64,000 bases of DNA. Source: Bacteroidales bacterium. GTDB taxonomy: Bacteria > Bacteroidota > Bacteroidia > Bacteroidales > WCHB1-69. This document shows positions 63,672 to 64,000 of the stretch, one piece after another. The position numbers and the translations under genes were made by a program. How positions within the stretch are numbered: the stretch's first letter is position 1; every line of letters begins with the position of its first letter. The DNA lies in assembly GCA_017540505.1 (NCBI GenBank), contig JAFYAW010000005.1:2197-66196 (forward strand). Reading direction: 5' to 3'. Below the pieces are notes generated by a model. The model did no database searches. It was given only the letters and a program-made list of their open reading frames with translations, and was not told the DNA's origin.

Positions 63672-64000
63672 ATGCAATTGGAAGAGAAGAAGTCGAAAGG
63701 CGTTTGCTGGCATTGTGTGCTGCTGGTTGCGGCGTTGCTGCTGTTGGCCGGATTGTTGGTCTATGCAGCCCTGCGGGAAAAGGAGGCTGTTACGGATGCG
63801 GTGGAGCCAGTGGACCCGGAATTGGCCGCACTGCACGAGTTCCCCCCGATGGATTTTGCCGATACCCTCTATTATGAAAAGGCTGTAGCGACATACGAGG
63901 GGGATGATCCGAAGGATGTCTATTATTATGAGAAAGACAGCCTTGGAATGCCCACGACCAAAAAGGTGCACGAGACGCATTACTATCCCGGCAAGGTGCT
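63672..64000 (+). CDS. Hypothetical membrane-anchored protein; the 3' end lies outside the window
   Basis: The ATG at 63672 opens a frame that runs to the window edge. There is an N-terminal TM segment (CVLLVAALLLLAGLLVYAAL). It is not in the ORF track because no stop lies in the window. Confidence 0.4.
   Translation, partial: MQLEEKKSKGVCWHCVLLVAALLLLAGLLVYAALREKEAVTDAVEPVDPELAALHEFPPMDFADTLYYEKAVATYEGDDPKDVYYYEKDSLGMPTTKKVHETHYYPGKV

Noticed and set aside
1-64000. Search for tRNA, rRNA and tmRNA genes
   Set aside because: I found no T-loop (GGTTCGAATCC-like) or rRNA-like conserved blocks on either strand by eye. tRNAscan-SE or Infernal would be needed to be certain.

Overview
The window looks like a chromosomal segment from a Bacteroidota genome, probably Bacteroidales and Prevotella-like. 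I infer this from the T9SS porP-gldKLMN operon, the recurrent TAnnTTTG -7 promoter boxes, and a GH57/GT4/debranching glycogen cluster. No BLAST or HMM search was possible, so every product call rests on motifs read from the supplied translations and on synteny.

I see about 50 credible protein genes and no rRNA, tRNA or CRISPR.

Main blocks:
- 1-3.6 kb: tail of a T9SS-CTD protein, a DUF1343/NamZ-like gene and topB.
- 3.6-16.6 kb, minus strand: an aryl-polyene/flexirubin-type type-II PKS/FAS-like cluster with 3 KS, 2 ACP, 2-3 dehydratases, FabG, a methyltransferase, an LpxL-type acyltransferase, a thioesterase and a LolA-like protein. A 1.7-kb opposite-strand AT-rich insert splits it in two.
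- 16.7-19.5 kb: a bacterial PARG-like macrodomain gene and an L,D-transpeptidase.
- 19.6-28.5 kb: one 2988-aa T9SS type-B-CTD giant surface protein, then a BatD-like gene.
- 30.2-30.9 kb: a RAYT-type Y1 transposase with GTAG-headed REP hairpins upstream of and inside its ORF.
- 31-40 kb: pepE, a nucleotidyltransferase, a PP-loop protein, mpg and the glycogen cluster.
- 41.8-47 kb: mntP-terC behind a yybP-ykoY-like Mn riboswitch, directly downstream of rpsL-rpsG-fusA-rpsJ.
- 47-49.6 kb: an ECF sigma module plus a lone transketolase C-subunit.
- 49.7-59.4 kb: a 1151-aa OM barrel followed by porP-gldK-gldL-gldM-gldN.
- 59.5-64 kb: hldD, recQ, an OmpH-like gene and a partial ORF.

The most unusual signals are non-genic:
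- REP-like perfect palindromes lie in-frame in a ketosynthase and appear to weld two proteins together.
- A REP hairpin lies inside the RAYT gene itself.
- A mosaic hairpin repeat occurs at three loci, carries an outward promoter, and sits next to AT-rich orphan genes.
- A family of degenerate 7-8-nt tandem arrays fills at least 8 intergenic spacers.
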